This document shows, piece by piece, positions 12,360-25,030 of a DNA stretch of 64,000 nucleotides. Position 1 is the stretch's first letter. Every line of letters begins with the position of its first letter. The notes beneath the pieces were generated by a model, which saw only the letters and a list, made by a program, of their open reading frames with translations, was not told where the DNA came from and searched no databases. The stretch is from Sminthopsis crassicaudata (lineage: Eukaryota), in contig NC_133619.1 in NCBI RefSeq assembly GCF_048593235.1, positions 396,008,454 through 396,072,453 of the forward strand. Direction: 5' to 3'. The position numbers and the translations under genes were made by a program.

Positions 12360-13640
12360 CATTATAGACTTCTTACTGCTTCCTCATTCATAGATGATCT
12401 CATTATCCCAAAGAGAGTATAAAAGAGGGGAAAGAACCCACATGTCCAAAAATATTTGTAGCAGCTTTCTATGGTGGCAAAGAACTGGAAATTGGGCAGA
12501 TGTCCATCAATTGGAGAATGACTGAATAAGTTATGGTATATGAATATAATGGAATATTTTTGTTCTATAAGAAATGATGAGCTGGCTGATTTCCAAAAAG
12601 TCTTGGAAAGTCTTACATGAACTGATACGGAGTGAAGTGAGCAGAATCAAGAGAACATTGTATAAATAAGAGCAAGATTAAGTGATAATTAACTATGATA
12701 GATTTAGCTCTTCTCAGCAACACAGTGATCTAAGACAATTCCAATAGATTTGGGATGGAAAATGCCATCTGCCTCCAGAGAGAAAACTGTGGAGACTGAA
12801 TATAGATCAAAGCATATTATTTTCACCTTTTTTGTGTTTGCTTTGTCTCACTTTTTTCCCTTTTGTTCTGATTTTTCTTTCACATGACAAATGTGAAAAT
12901 ATGTTTAAAATTATTATACATGTTTAATCTATAGCAAAATACTTGCTGTCTTTGTGAGGGGATAGTTAAGAAAGAGAAAAAGAAAAATTTGGAATATAAA
13001 ATCTTAACCAAAAAAATGATGATGGTGTTTTCACCTTTTTGATTGTTTGCTTGCTTTCTTACTTTCTCTTTTTTTTTTCTTTTTCATCTAATTTTTTTGT
13101 GCATCATGATAGATGTACAAATGTGTGCAAAGGAACTGCACATGTTTAGCATGTATTTGATTGCTTTCTGCCTAGGAGGGTGTGGGGAGAGGTAAGGGAG
13201 AAAGATTTGGAACTCTGGATTTTGCAGGAGTGGGTATCTTTGCATACATTTTGAAAATAGCTATTATTTAAAAACCCACTAATTTGGAAATATTAAAAAT
13301 TACAAGTGATATTCATAAAATTGACTGTAACAAATAAAACTAGAAGTTGGTTCTATGAAAAAAAAAACTTAAAAATGAATGATGAAAACTATCAGTACTT
13401 GTCATTGATACTATGGAAATTTTTTAAAGTTCCAAGGCAATCCCAATAAACTTCAGATAGAAAATGTCATCTGCATCCAGAAAAAGAGCTATGAAGATTG
13501 AAATCAACACATGGTATGTTTCACTTATTTTTTTTTCCTCTCCCTTGGTTTTTCCCTTTTGTTCTGATCTCTCCCTTCCAATATGATTCAGAAAGCAATG
13601 TGTACTAAAAATGAATAAATAAATTTTAAAAAGAGAAATG
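12360..13640 (+). mobile_element. Cluster of older L1 3'-end fragments
   Basis: ttgtagcagctttctatggtggcaaagaactggaaa..gtccatcaattggagaatg ORF2-end motif, followed by several 3' UTR/G-tract/A-tail remnants. Confidence 0.8.
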
Positions 13641-14833
13641 ATTCCAGGAACTCAGTACCAATCTTAAAATATCAGACCCAGTGATACCCTTTGCTTGAGA
13701 ACTTCCTTTGCTTGTAATACCTTTAACATTAATTCAAAGGTGTATCTCCCTATATATGTTAGGGCTCATGAGGCCTGCTCTTAAAAGGAAGAAAAATAAA
13801 TATGTATCCAAATAGACTATAATACAAGGCAGAATATGATAAATGAATAAAGGGAAAAGAAAGTTGGAACAAAACCTTTGTTCCATAGATAACAAACAAG
13901 CTTTGCTGTCTTTGGGAGAGGAACCAGTGAAATATTTGTATCTTTCTTTGGCTTATCAGTAGTTGCTTGGAATCTCAGAGTTGGCAGAGCCATTAATTCC
14001 ATCCTATAACTAAATAAGGATCTCCTACCACATAGCAGACAAGTGATCATTCAGCTCCCAGGCTACTTTTAAATAACTCCAGTTGCTGTAAAGAGTTACT
14101 TCCTGAAATCTAAATTGTTATCTTTATACTTTTAGGTACAGAAGACATCTGGGAGGCACTGGCAACAGTGTAATAGGCTAAGATTCAGAAAGATCAGAGT
14201 TCAATTCTGTTCTCAAATATTTTATAGCTGTGTGACTCTGGACAAGTTATTTATGATGATTTTTTACCTAATTAAAAAAATTATCAATCTGGGAGGGGAA
14301 GACTCAGGGTTTCTTTGCTATTTATACATTTCACTTTGAACCATCAGGGCCCATTAAGTCTCACTTATTCATCTGTAAAAGAGAGATAATTAATTATAGC
14401 ACCTCCCTCTCAGAGTGAGAATAAAATTAAATCATATTTATAAAGCACTTATTAGAGTTCCAGGAACACAGTAGGTGGTTAATACATGCTTGATTCCTTT
14501 CTTTATCTACTACTTCTAGTTATGCCCTCTAACTTTCTTATCTTTTCCTCCATTATGTCATGGTAGGAATGTGCTAGTATTCAACTGAATGAGAAGAGAG
14601 TGAAATATATACAAAATATATTTTAAAGTTTAAAGCATTATTAACATTTTCTCTTACTTTGTAACACTTTCTTAACTCTAGACAAACAAAAGAATCATAA
14701 ATTAAATCCTAATCTTGGTGTTTGTAGATTTCTAATATGTAAATGGTCACACTAAAAATTTAACAATTGACTCTTGTGATCTCATTGTCACTAGTTCTAA
14801 GACATTCTTGATCATTAGAATTTTAAATTGATA

Positions 14834-15335
14834 CATGAACTGATGCTGAGTGAAATGAGCAGGACCAGGAAATCGTTGTATACTTCAACAACAATACTAT
14901 ATGATGATCAATTCTGATGGACGTGGCCCTCTTCAACAAGATAAAACAAATTAGTTCCAAAAGAACAGCAATGATTCGAACCAGCAACACCCAGCGAAAG
15001 AACTCTGGGAAATAAGTGTGAACCACTACATAGAATTCCCAATCCCTCTATTTTTGTCCGCCTGCATTTTTTATTTCCCTCACAGGTTAATTGTACACTA
15101 TTTCAAGGTCCAATTCTTCTTGTGCAGCAAAATAATTGTATTGACATGTATACATATATTGTATTTAACATATACTTTAACATATTTACCATGTAATGGT
15201 CTACCTGCCATCTGGGGGTGGGAATAGAAGAAAAGTGGGGAAAAATTGGAACAAAAGGTTTTGCAATTGTCAATGCTGAAAAATTACTCATGCATATATC
15301 TTGTAAATAAAAGGCTATAATAAAAAATTTTTAAA
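14834..15335 (+). mobile_element. L1 3' UTR fragment
   Basis: Near-identical to 5030-5520 (acatgaactgatgctgagtgaaatgagcagg ... aataaaaggctataataaaaaa). Confidence 0.9.
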
Positions 15336-16169
15336 AATTTAAGTTGAACTAAATTCACTTCTATATTTCCTTACAACAATTCTCAGAAATTTCCAGATTC
15401 TGCTCAAACATGCTGAATGACAGACAATTAATTTATTGTTTGGCCAAGTAGTCCATTTCTTTTACAGAGAGTTTTAATAGAAAGTTCTTTGACTCATTGA
15501 GCCAAAGCCTGTCTTCACATAACTACCATCCATATTCCCCAATTCTGTCTTCTAGACCTCTATGAAATAAGTCTATTCCTAATACATGACAAATTTTTCA
15601 ATCTAATTTTTAAAATGAATCTTTTCAAATTTAACTTAATTTTAAGTCTTGATCCAAAGACTTTAACCCTTTTTGCTAAGGTAGACCTCTCTTTGTGTAT
15701 TCTTGATCCATCCTTTGTCTTTTCCATGGGATTGGCTCCTTGGTTAAACTCTTACCAGTCCTTCATCTTTCCCTATCTACCATTTCCTTTCCTTCTGTCT
15801 ATTGTTCTTTGTCCCTAGTTCTCAAAGAGGACCATAATATCAGGGAGGTGATGTCTTGACAGGAAAATTAATTGGATTTACTTGAGGGAGCTGTGCAAAA
15901 TTACCAACCTTGTTTTTTTCCTCTGGAACCATCTGAATGCATAGCAAGATATAGATTAGGATGATTGGAGATGGTCCTGGATACAGTGGGAATTCTTGGT
16001 CTTTTTCTCCTCTGCTGTCTATAAAGATGTTCAAGTCTCCCTTTTCAATTGCTCTCCCCCTTCCTCAAAAAATCTTAAGAAACCCTACTAATATACAAAT
16101 GAGTATCTTCTTTTTGGCAGGAAAACGTGAAAAAAAATCTGTCCGTAGTCCTTAACACACTTCTTCACT

Positions 16170-17510
16170 TTTTTAAGCTTTTTCCAATCTGATTTCCAAC
16201 CTAACTATTCTTTCCAAAGTCACTAATGACTTCTTTGCCATATCTAATGGTCTTGTCCTCAATCTCATTGTTCTTGATTTCTTCAGTATTTGATATTGTT
16301 AGTCACTTCTAGTACTTGATACTCTCCTCTGAATTTTTTGCAACTTAGTTCTGTTCTACTTATCTGATCATTCTTTTCAGCCTCTTTTTTCTAACCTCAT
16401 TCTAAGGGTATTCCCCAAGGCTTTGTCCCCTTCTCTTTTTCCTTTAAACTTTTGCTTGTGGAATTTATCAACTCCCATGAGTTTAATGATCAGATGATTA
16501 TATCTATCTCTAGTCTTCTATTCCTCCATCATTAGCTACTTATGGAACATTTTGTATTTAATGTCCCATAGGTATCCCAAACCCCTTAAGTCCCAAAGAG
16601 GACTCAGCCTATTTCCTTAAAAAAACATGACCCTTCTTCTGAGCATCTCCCTTTCTGTCAGGGATACTATTGCCTTCTGGCCCCCAGGTTCTTAACTTCA
16701 ATTGATTCTGCACTCTCCTCACTCCATGTCTAATTAATTTAACAAATCTCTCTATCAGGGAAAAAAGTGTTCTGCCAGGCACACTTTTAAAATTTAATCT
16801 ACTTTATTTAACATTTTTTCTATCACTTAAATCTAGTCAATCAAAACAATGTACCTACAGTTCCACTTCAGTCTATTGTTTGCAATTCTTAGGGTGGCAG
16901 GAACTACAAAGGTTTTAAATGGTCACTGACACTATGCATTTATTAAATGTCTCTATATGCCAGTCACTGTACTAAACGTTAAAAATACAAAAAAAAAAAA
17001 AAATGGGCAAAAAGCACTTCCTCCCCTCAAGGAACTAATTAATAGTCTAAAGGGGAAGAGAACATGCAAACAATTACATACAAACAAGAAATGTACAGGA
17101 TGTCTTGCAAAACATTGGCATTAAGAAGGGTCTGGAAAGGCTTCCTAGAGAAGGTAGGATTTCAGTTTGAATTTGAAGGGAGCTAGAGAAGCTGGGAAGT
17201 AGAGCTAAGAAAGAGCATTCCAGATATGGAAGAATATCCAAAGTGGAGAGATGGAAGATCTTATTGGAAGGACAGTAAGGATGCCAAAGAATGTGGAGGA
17301 AAGAAAGATGTATAAAAAACTAGAAAAATGAAGGGAGAGATAGGGAAGAATGTCAGAGGGTTCTGAATTTGATGCTGGGAATAAGGAACCACTGGAGTTC
17401 ATTGGGGGATCAGATCTGTATTTAGGAAGATCTGTTTGGCAGCTGAGTGGAGGATAAAGTGGAGGAAGAAGCGACTTAATGAAAACCCTATCCATTATTT
17501 GAGGCCTACT
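16170..17510. mobile_element. Ancient LINE-2 fragments in both orientations
   Basis: Pyrimidine-rich L2 RT-like text (ccaaagtcactaatgacttc, ccaagggctttgtcccc) and a complementary purine-rich L2 3' part (atgcatttattaaatgtctct..). Confidence 0.6.
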
Positions 17511-17859
17511 CAAATACCATCCCCTCCAAAAAGCCTGATCTGATTACTCTACATAAATATTTCCCCTTTCTGAACTCCTACAGAATCCTGCCTATACTTC
17601 TCTTAGGGATATGGGTTATACTTCATAAATAATGCATTTGGTCAAAAACCTCAAGCATGATCTTTATATCGACTGGCTTAGGTCTCAAGGGACTTCTCAT
17701 AAAATCAGACTGATTCATATTTCTATAATAGGCTTAGGGCACGCCCAGATCACCTCACAGAGTGGCAGCTGCCTGGGAGGTTCCAGGAACCCACCTCTGG
17801 GAGAAGGTGATCTCTTTTCATTGACTTTGTAGCTGGAAGAGACCGATCTTCAGAATTAC

Positions 17860-20340
17860 CAGATGAGCATATTCTGTCTTCCCCCACTCTCATCTCTCCT
17901 TTTCCCATCTCTCTCTTTCCTCCTCTTTTCCTCTTTCCCCCCTCCTCCTTCTTCCCCTCTCTTCATTCTCTAGTGTCCAGAAAAGGTCAGGATCCTGTTG
18001 CTCCATAGCATAGATGCCATGAACTGGGTGAAGAAAAGTTCCCCATCCTTCTTTTAACTGTGTCCCCAATAACTAGGATCTGAGTTTTGGTTTTGGTTAG
18101 TTAAGGTTGGTTTTCAGGTCTAGATTAAAGTAGTGGAAACCCTGAGCTTGGTGGCTTTGGAGGCAAGATTCCAGGTTAAATGTTGCAACCAGCATGTTTA
18201 ACATATATTGAATTACTTGCCTACTAGGAGAGGGTATAGGGGGAAGAGAGGGAGAAAAAATTTGGAACACAAGATTTTGCAAGAGTATGTTGAAAACTAT
18301 CTGCATATATTTTGAAAATAAAAGGCTATTATTTTAAAATTAAAGGTAAAAAAAAAAAAAGGATCAAAGTTTAAAAAATGATATAGCCACATCAACAGGA
18401 AACCCTGGGAAGTTAGGGTGCCTGGGAGGGTGCCTGGAACTTGAGTCATGAGGGGTTTTGGACTTGGAATTTAGTGGGATAATTTATATGGGTGGTGGAT
18501 TAAACTGTGAACCTTATCCCTACTCCTTCCCAAAGACTGAGAAACAAGGGAAGGGGATTATGCTATCTGGAGAAGGGGAGTTGGATACATTCTACCTTAG
18601 AAGTAATATTCTTTTGTAAAAGTTAAATGGTTAAAAGGAATTGGAATTGAAAAGCCCTTAAAATTTGGGGAGATAACCTCAATGGGGAGGCTGGAGTGAA
18701 TGGCAAGGACTAGAAATCCCCAAACTCCTTTAAGGGTACCAGAGAATCCTAAAAAGGAGCATAATATAAGATACCTGGTCATCAACCACTAGGTGTCTGG
18801 GTAGACTATTATATTCTCAACTATAGTCTCTCCTTCAAACAATTTCACATGTAGGTCTTTACAGAAAAAGTAAAAAGGAGTCCTTGAAGTCCTGGGCAAA
18901 CTGGTACTTATTGAATATAGGTTATCCTACCAAAGAACAAAAACTGTGGGATAAAAAGACTGAAAGAAATCTACAAAAGTCAAGATAACTCTTTAACTCT
19001 CTTTAGGCCAAGAAGGGAAATGTAGGCTCCCCAAAGAGAGGAGAACATTTGGGATTATCAGGAAAATCAGCCTCTTATCTTTCAGTGAGCCTAACCTCAG
19101 CTATAGACCAATACGGTCCCCCAGACCACATCATCAATTTTACTTCTGTGTGGCAAAAAGTTTTCAAAACCCAAGGGCCAGGGAACCAGATTACAATGTA
19201 GTCAGAAAATTTTTAATAAAAGAAATTAAAATACAACATAACCTAGACAATGGCAATTTTTGGTTTTCTAAATCAACATATGGCCTAACAGAATCAGTTT
19301 CCAAATTTTATCCCTTTCACATTTCAGGATTAGAAGTGTGGGTCTATACCCCCAAACCTTTAATCTGGAAAATCCCTATGAAATTTTTTAGTCCTTCTTT
19401 CATATCAGAGAATTTTAGTATTGAATGATATAATGTGTGGATATCAATCAGTACTATTGGTATATTTTATGTATTTCTGAGTTTCTAAACTTTTTTCTGT
19501 GTCATCTGTTGGCTTTCAAATGTTTGCAGCTTCTTCAAAACTTCTAAAAATTCCCATTTAATTCCTTATGCAAACCAGCAACATATCAAAACTGATGAGA
19601 AAATCATGATGTAGAAAGAATAACTGTATTTGAGTTTGATACTTCTGCTTTAGGTTTATTTTGTTACTCCTAAAGTCAAGTTTTACCCAAAAGAATATTT
19701 TTTCACTTGAAGTTGCTAAGATTCAACCCTCTTTCCATTGGATCAACACAGTACCCAGCACATAGTAGGTACTTAATAAACACTTGTTGACTTGATCTAT
19801 ACAATCATCATAATTCATAGTACAGTGAAAGGTCAAGATTTTTGCTTCTGTATTATGATAGGTTTCTTTAGTTTCTCCCATATTCCAAGGTCATATAGTC
19901 ATCGTTATTCTCTTTATTCTACCAATGCTCCTATCTCTTGATTCCTTCCCCAAAAGTCCTGAGCAAATTCCTTCCTTACTCTGCAGTTGCTTCTTCATGA
20001 CTAATAGGATCAGGGCTGAAGGAGTTTGATAGGGTTGAGGTGCCCTCCTCCCCAGTCTTGCCCCAATACTGAGAGGCCCAAGTTTATTCTCTAGTTGATA
20101 CTTCCTTCAGCCCTCTATCTCAGTTTAACTCGTTAAGAGGCAGAATCCCACTACCACATACACACTTCCTTCCTTTCCTCTTTTCCTGATTGGTGTTAAT
20201 CTTGCTGACAGCCACTTTGAAGCATGATACACTGGTCTGTCTTATGGGACCCCAGAACTATTCCTAAAGTCCCAACAAATAGGGCAGGCAATTAACTTGG
20301 GCTGCAGAGATTCTCAAGGAGTCTATTTTAGGGGGCTGTG
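17860..20340. mobile_element. Possible decayed ERV/LTR-derived sequence, with an L1 3' UTR piece at ~18170-18360
   Basis: Composition and motifs look retroviral rather than LINE/SINE. No intact gag/pol motif could be read. Confidence 0.25.
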
Positions 20341-21080
20341 AACTGGATGAGGGAAAGTTACATCTTTTTTAGATATAATTGATTTACTTTGTAAATCTAT
20401 GGAATTTGTTTAAAAAGAGAAATGATTCATAGACTTTCACAAAATTGGCAAAAGAGTCTATGACATAAGAAAATTTTGTGAACTTACATTATGAAGTGGC
20501 CTGCAAATCAGAGAAATAAGGCATTTTTCTGTAGAGGTGGATTTGGAGGGAAGAATCTTTCTCAACATTTGACTATATAATTGTCCTATTCAGTTCATTA
20601 ATTTGCTTGATGAGAACAAATTGAATGGGACCATTCTTTTTATGTTCCCCTATAGGTGACCTACTATGTGTCAGATACCATGGATACAAAGATAAAAACA
20701 AAATAATAAAAAGTCACTTTCATCCCCATATTGTGTTGTAATTTTTTGCTTTGTTCTGTTCATTTTCATCAGATTTTATCCAGATAGAGGTGTTTGGAGA
20801 TAGGAAAGCCTAGACAAAAAGTCACCAAATGTGGTTTACTTCAGGTCTGCCTAATTTATCTAAAGATAATTCTAGGCCTATTTGGACCCCACTCCACTTC
20901 TAAAGCCCACTTGTAATTATTCCTCCCCCTAATACAGGTCTTTAAAAAGATTCATAAATGCAAATCTCTAGTCCCCAAGTTAATTTAACAGGACTGGAAG
21001 TTACTTTGTTACTACTGCTTCCTCTTTTTCCTCATCCTCCTTCCCTTTCCCCTAAACCTTTTCCTTCTTCTCCTCCTCAC

Positions 21081-22032
21081 CTTCATCGTTTTCTTTCCCA
21101 TGTCTAGTTTCAGGTCCAGATTTGGATGAAGATTTAGGCAGATCTTTAGGCTCAGGTGGACGCTTAGAAGGACCAGAAGGCTCAGGTCCAGATTTGGATG
21201 AAGATTTAGGCAGATCTTTAGGCTCAGGTGGACGCTTAGAAGGACCAGAAGGCTCAGGTCCAGATTTGGATGAAGATTTAGGCAGATCTTTAGGCTCAGG
21301 TGGACGCTTAGAAGGACCCGAAGGCTGAGGCCCAGATTTGGATGAAGATTTAGGCAGATCTTTAGGCTCAGGTGGACGCTTAGAAGGACCCGAAGGCTGA
21401 GGCCCAGATTTGGATGAAGATTTAGGCAGATCTTTAGGCTCAGGTGGACGCTTAGAAGGACCAGAAGGCTGAGGCCCAGATTTGGATGAAGATTTAGGCA
21501 GATCTTTAGGCTCAGGTGGACGCTTAGAAGGACCCGAAGGCTGAGGTCCAGATTTGGATGAAGATTTAGGCAGATCTTTAGGCTCAGGTGGACGCTTAGA
21601 AGGACCCGAAGGCTGAGGTCCAGGTTTGGATGAAGATTTAGGCAGATCTCTAGGCTCAGGTGGACGCTTAGAAGGACCCGAAGGCTGAGGTCCAGATTTG
21701 GATGAAGATTTAGGCAGATCTTTAGGCTCAGGTGGACGCTTAGAAGGACCCGAAGGCTGAGGTCCAGATTTGGATGAAGATTTAGGCAGATCTTTAGGCT
21801 CAGGTGGACGCTTAGAAGGACCCGAAGGCTGAGGTCCAGATTTGGATGAAGATTTAGGCAGATCTTTAGGTTCAGGTGAACAATTAAAAGGACATGAAGA
21901 TTTAGGCATACATGTGGGTTCAAGTCCTAGTTCAGGTGCAGGGTTAGGTATATGTCCAGGTTCAGGTTCAGGTTGGGGCTCATTTGGAACACTGGCCTCA
22001 CTTCTAGCTTTTTTCTTCTTGCCTTTGGACAT
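21081..22032 (-). CDS. First coding exon (exon A) of the unrecognised gene; basic N-terminus plus Pro/Ser/Lys tandem repeats
   Basis: ATG at 22032 (gacATGt) gives MSKGKKKKAR. The frame is open for 952 nt to a consensus donor GAAG|gtgagg at 21081/21080. This is phase 1, matching the acceptor at 12274. If unspliced, the ORF stops at 21052 (326 aa). Confidence 0.7.
21112..21876 (-). repeat. 72-bp coding minisatellite, ~10.5 copies (KDLPKSSSKSGPQPSGPSKRPPEP)
   Basis: Period 72 is directly visible (tttggatgaagatttagg at 21121, 21193, ...). Copies differ by only a few substitutions. Confidence 0.97.
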
Positions 22033-22508
22033 GTCTTACCTATAAACGGGACCTCAAACACCTCAAGGTAGAAGAATTGGCAAGGAGAGGTTGGAGAAAA
22101 GAGATAATAAAAACAGATAAAATTCTAATATCAAGATACGACTAAGAAAACTGTATGCTTGCCTGCTCTGCTGACTTATAAAGATTTGACCTCTCAACTA
22201 TCCCTTTACCAGATCATCTGGCAATTGATGCTGTTAATTTGTGGTTAATTCATCTCACCCTTGTGGCTAATTAGTCTCACCCTTGTTGTGCCTTTTCTGA
22301 GTTGGTGAATACCCTTTCTTTTCTGACCACCTTTTCTTTCCTGGCCTCCCTCTTGGTCCTGTTGATTATCTTGGGATGGAATGGGGAGCAATAGGGAAAT
22401 GAAGACAAAAGAGATCTCAGCAATCACAACAACCCTAATTGGGTTGATTCTCTTCCTCTCCTTTCTACCCCTAAATTGGGAAGGAAACATCTTTTCACAA
22501 GGAAATTT

Positions 22509-22526
22509 TTTTTTTAAATTTTTTTT

Positions 22527-22558
<32 letters not shown>

Positions 22559-23368
22559 TTTATAATATTATCCCTTGTATTCATTTTTCCAAATTACCCC
22601 CCCTCCCTTATTCCCTCCCCCCGACGACAGGCAATACCATACATTTTACATGTGTTACAATATAGTCTAAGTACAATACATGTGTGTGAATATCATTTTC
22701 TTGTTGCACAATAAACATTAGAATCCGAAGGTACATGCAACCTGGGCAGACAGATATTAGTGCTAACAATTTACATTCCCCTCCCAGTGTTTCTTCTCTG
22801 GGTGTATCTACCTCTGTCCATCATTGATCAACCGGAAGTGAGTTGGATCTTCTTTATGTTGAAGATTTCCACTTCCATCAGAATACATCCTCATACAGTA
22901 TCGTTGTTGAAGTATACAGTGATCTTCTGGTTCTGCTCATTTCACTCAGCATCAGTTGATTTAAGTCTCTCCAACCCTCTCTGTATTCCTCCTGCTGGTC
23001 ATTTCTTACTGAGCAATAATATTCCATAACTTTCATATACCACAATTTACCCAACCATTCTCCAACTGATGGACATCCATTCATCTTCCAGTTTCTAGCT
23101 ACAACAAAAAGAGCTGCCACAAACATTTTGGCACATATATGTCTCTTTCCGCTCTTTAGTATTTCTTTGGGATATAATCCCAGTAGTAGCGCTGCTGGGT
23201 CAAAGGGTATGCACAGTTTGATAACTTTTTGGGCATAATTCCAGATTGCTCTCCAGAATGGCTGGATTCTTTCACAACTCCACCAGCAATGTATTAGTGT
23301 CCCAATTTCCCCACATCCCCTCCAACATTTGTCATTATTTGTTCCTGTCATCTTAGCCAATCTGACAG
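22509..23368 (-). mobile_element. Young 5'-truncated L1 with 15-bp TSD
   Basis: ORF 22878..23360 is an intact L1 ORF2 C-terminus (CWRGCGEIGTLIHCWW). T-rich tail at 22505-22530. TTCACAAGGAAATTT at 22494-22508 and 23369-23383. Confidence 0.95.
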
Positions 23369-23994
23369 TTCACAAGGAAATTTAAACAAGATGAATGAAT
23401 CAAGAACCAAAGAGAGGACTTTTAGGTTTTCCTTAGTCCTGCTGTCCAACTCTTTCTCTGTAAGGTGTGTTTACCCATTTCACATGATTGTGAAAAAGCC
23501 ATTTTGTAAGCTATTAAAATGTGAATTATTACTGATAATTGTATGGGTGTCTTGTCTTCCCATAAGACTGTGGATTGCCATTTCCAGGTTCTTCCCCCAC
23601 ATCTATAACTCAGTAATCTTTTCTCCTCAGAGGTTCATGCAAGTCAGATCTACTATCCAATCAAAATCAAGGTAACTTTTTTACAGAAGACCCCCCCCCA
23701 AAGAAATTCGCCTTCCTTCTTGAAAAAGTCCAATAGCAGGCTCACAATTTTTCTCCCCAGTTCCAGCCTTCATATTTGACACTCCTTCAAGTACTCTATT
23801 CACTTCCCATAATACCTCAGACAGACACAAAGTTGGTCATATCTTTACTCTTGCATTATCTACAAATTCACCATCCACATGTATAAGAATTCTGAAATGC
23901 TTTTATCTGACTATAGTCTAACAGCTATCTATTTCTCTCTCTCCGCCTTCCCTTACTAAATATTACTTTTCCACTTTGATCTCCAATAAGAATT

Positions 23995-24440
23995 CTGCCA
24001 TCATTTGGAACTATGCCCAAAAGGTTATCAAGCTGTGCATAGCCTTTGATCCAGCAGTCTCATTACTGGGCTTGTATCACAAAGAGATCATAAAAAAGGA
24101 AAGGAACCCACATGTGCAAAAATGTTTGTGGCAGCCCTTTCTGTAGTGGCTAGAAACTGGAAATTGAGTGGATTCCCACAAGGTGGAGAATGGCTGAATA
24201 AGTTATGGTATATTAATGTGATGGAATATTATTGTTGTGTAAGAAAAAATCAGCAGGATGATTCAGAAAAGCCTGGAGAGACTTACATGAATTGATATTA
24301 AGTGAACAGAACCAAGAGAACACTGTACACGGCAACAAAAAGATTATGTGATGATCAATTCTGATGGACTTGGCTCTTTCCAACAATTAGGTGATTCAGG
24401 CCAATTCCAATAGACTTGTAATAGAGAGAGCCATCTGCAT
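23995..24440 (+). mobile_element. L1 ORF2-end fragment
   Basis: tggaactatgcccaaaaggttatcaagctgtgcat.. homologous to 4750-5170. Confidence 0.85.
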
Positions 24441-25030
24441 GAGTTCCCTTTTCTCCCCTCTTCCTCATCTCATGTAACTCAGATGCTTTCTACCACTCTT
24501 TTCTCCTTCACCCCTATCTACATGAAAAAAATGGCTTTACTTCTTACCAAAACTAACCCCTCTATCTATACAAGCGATCCCATTCCATCCCATATCCTCC
24601 CCCTTTATCATTTCCACACAATCATTTATCTTCAGTCTCTCCCTCTCTATTGACTCCTTCCCTGTTGCCCACAAATACATCCATATTTCTGCCATCCTCA
24701 AAAAACTCTCTTGATCCTTCCATTTTTGCTAATTATCATCATGTATCTCTTCCACATTCTTTCCTCTTATTCCTCAGCCCCTTACAATATCCAGTCTCAT
24801 TATTCCATTGAAACTGCTCTCTCCAGCGTTTCCAGTGATCTCTTAGTTGCCAGATCCAGCAATCTTTTCTCAATCTTCATTCTTCTCAACTTGTCTGCAG
24901 CTTTTGTCACTATGGGTCATTCATTCTCTTCTCGTTCCTTTTTTTCTTTAACTTGTTGGGACACTACTCTCTCCTGATTCTTCTACTAGTATACCCACTC
25001 CATCTCAGTCTCCTTTGCTGGATCTTCACC
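24441..25030 (+). mobile_element. LINE-2 fragment
   Basis: ccattgaaactgctctctcc..tgatctcttagttgcc..ttcttctcaacttgtctgcagc, typical L2 RT-region DNA. Confidence 0.65.

Noticed and set aside
17795-17832. 38-nt candidate internal exon (ctcttccag|..|gtgggt) in the novel gene's intron
   Set aside because: It would convert phase 1 to phase 0 and break the exon B frame. No other support; it could only be a poison exon.
21012-21923. 303-aa Leu-rich alternative-frame ORF over the 72-bp repeat (and the + strand ORFs 21122-21328, 21842-22045)
   Set aside because: It starts at TTG and is open only because the repeat unit lacks stops in that frame. It is a shadow of the ATG-initiated frame.
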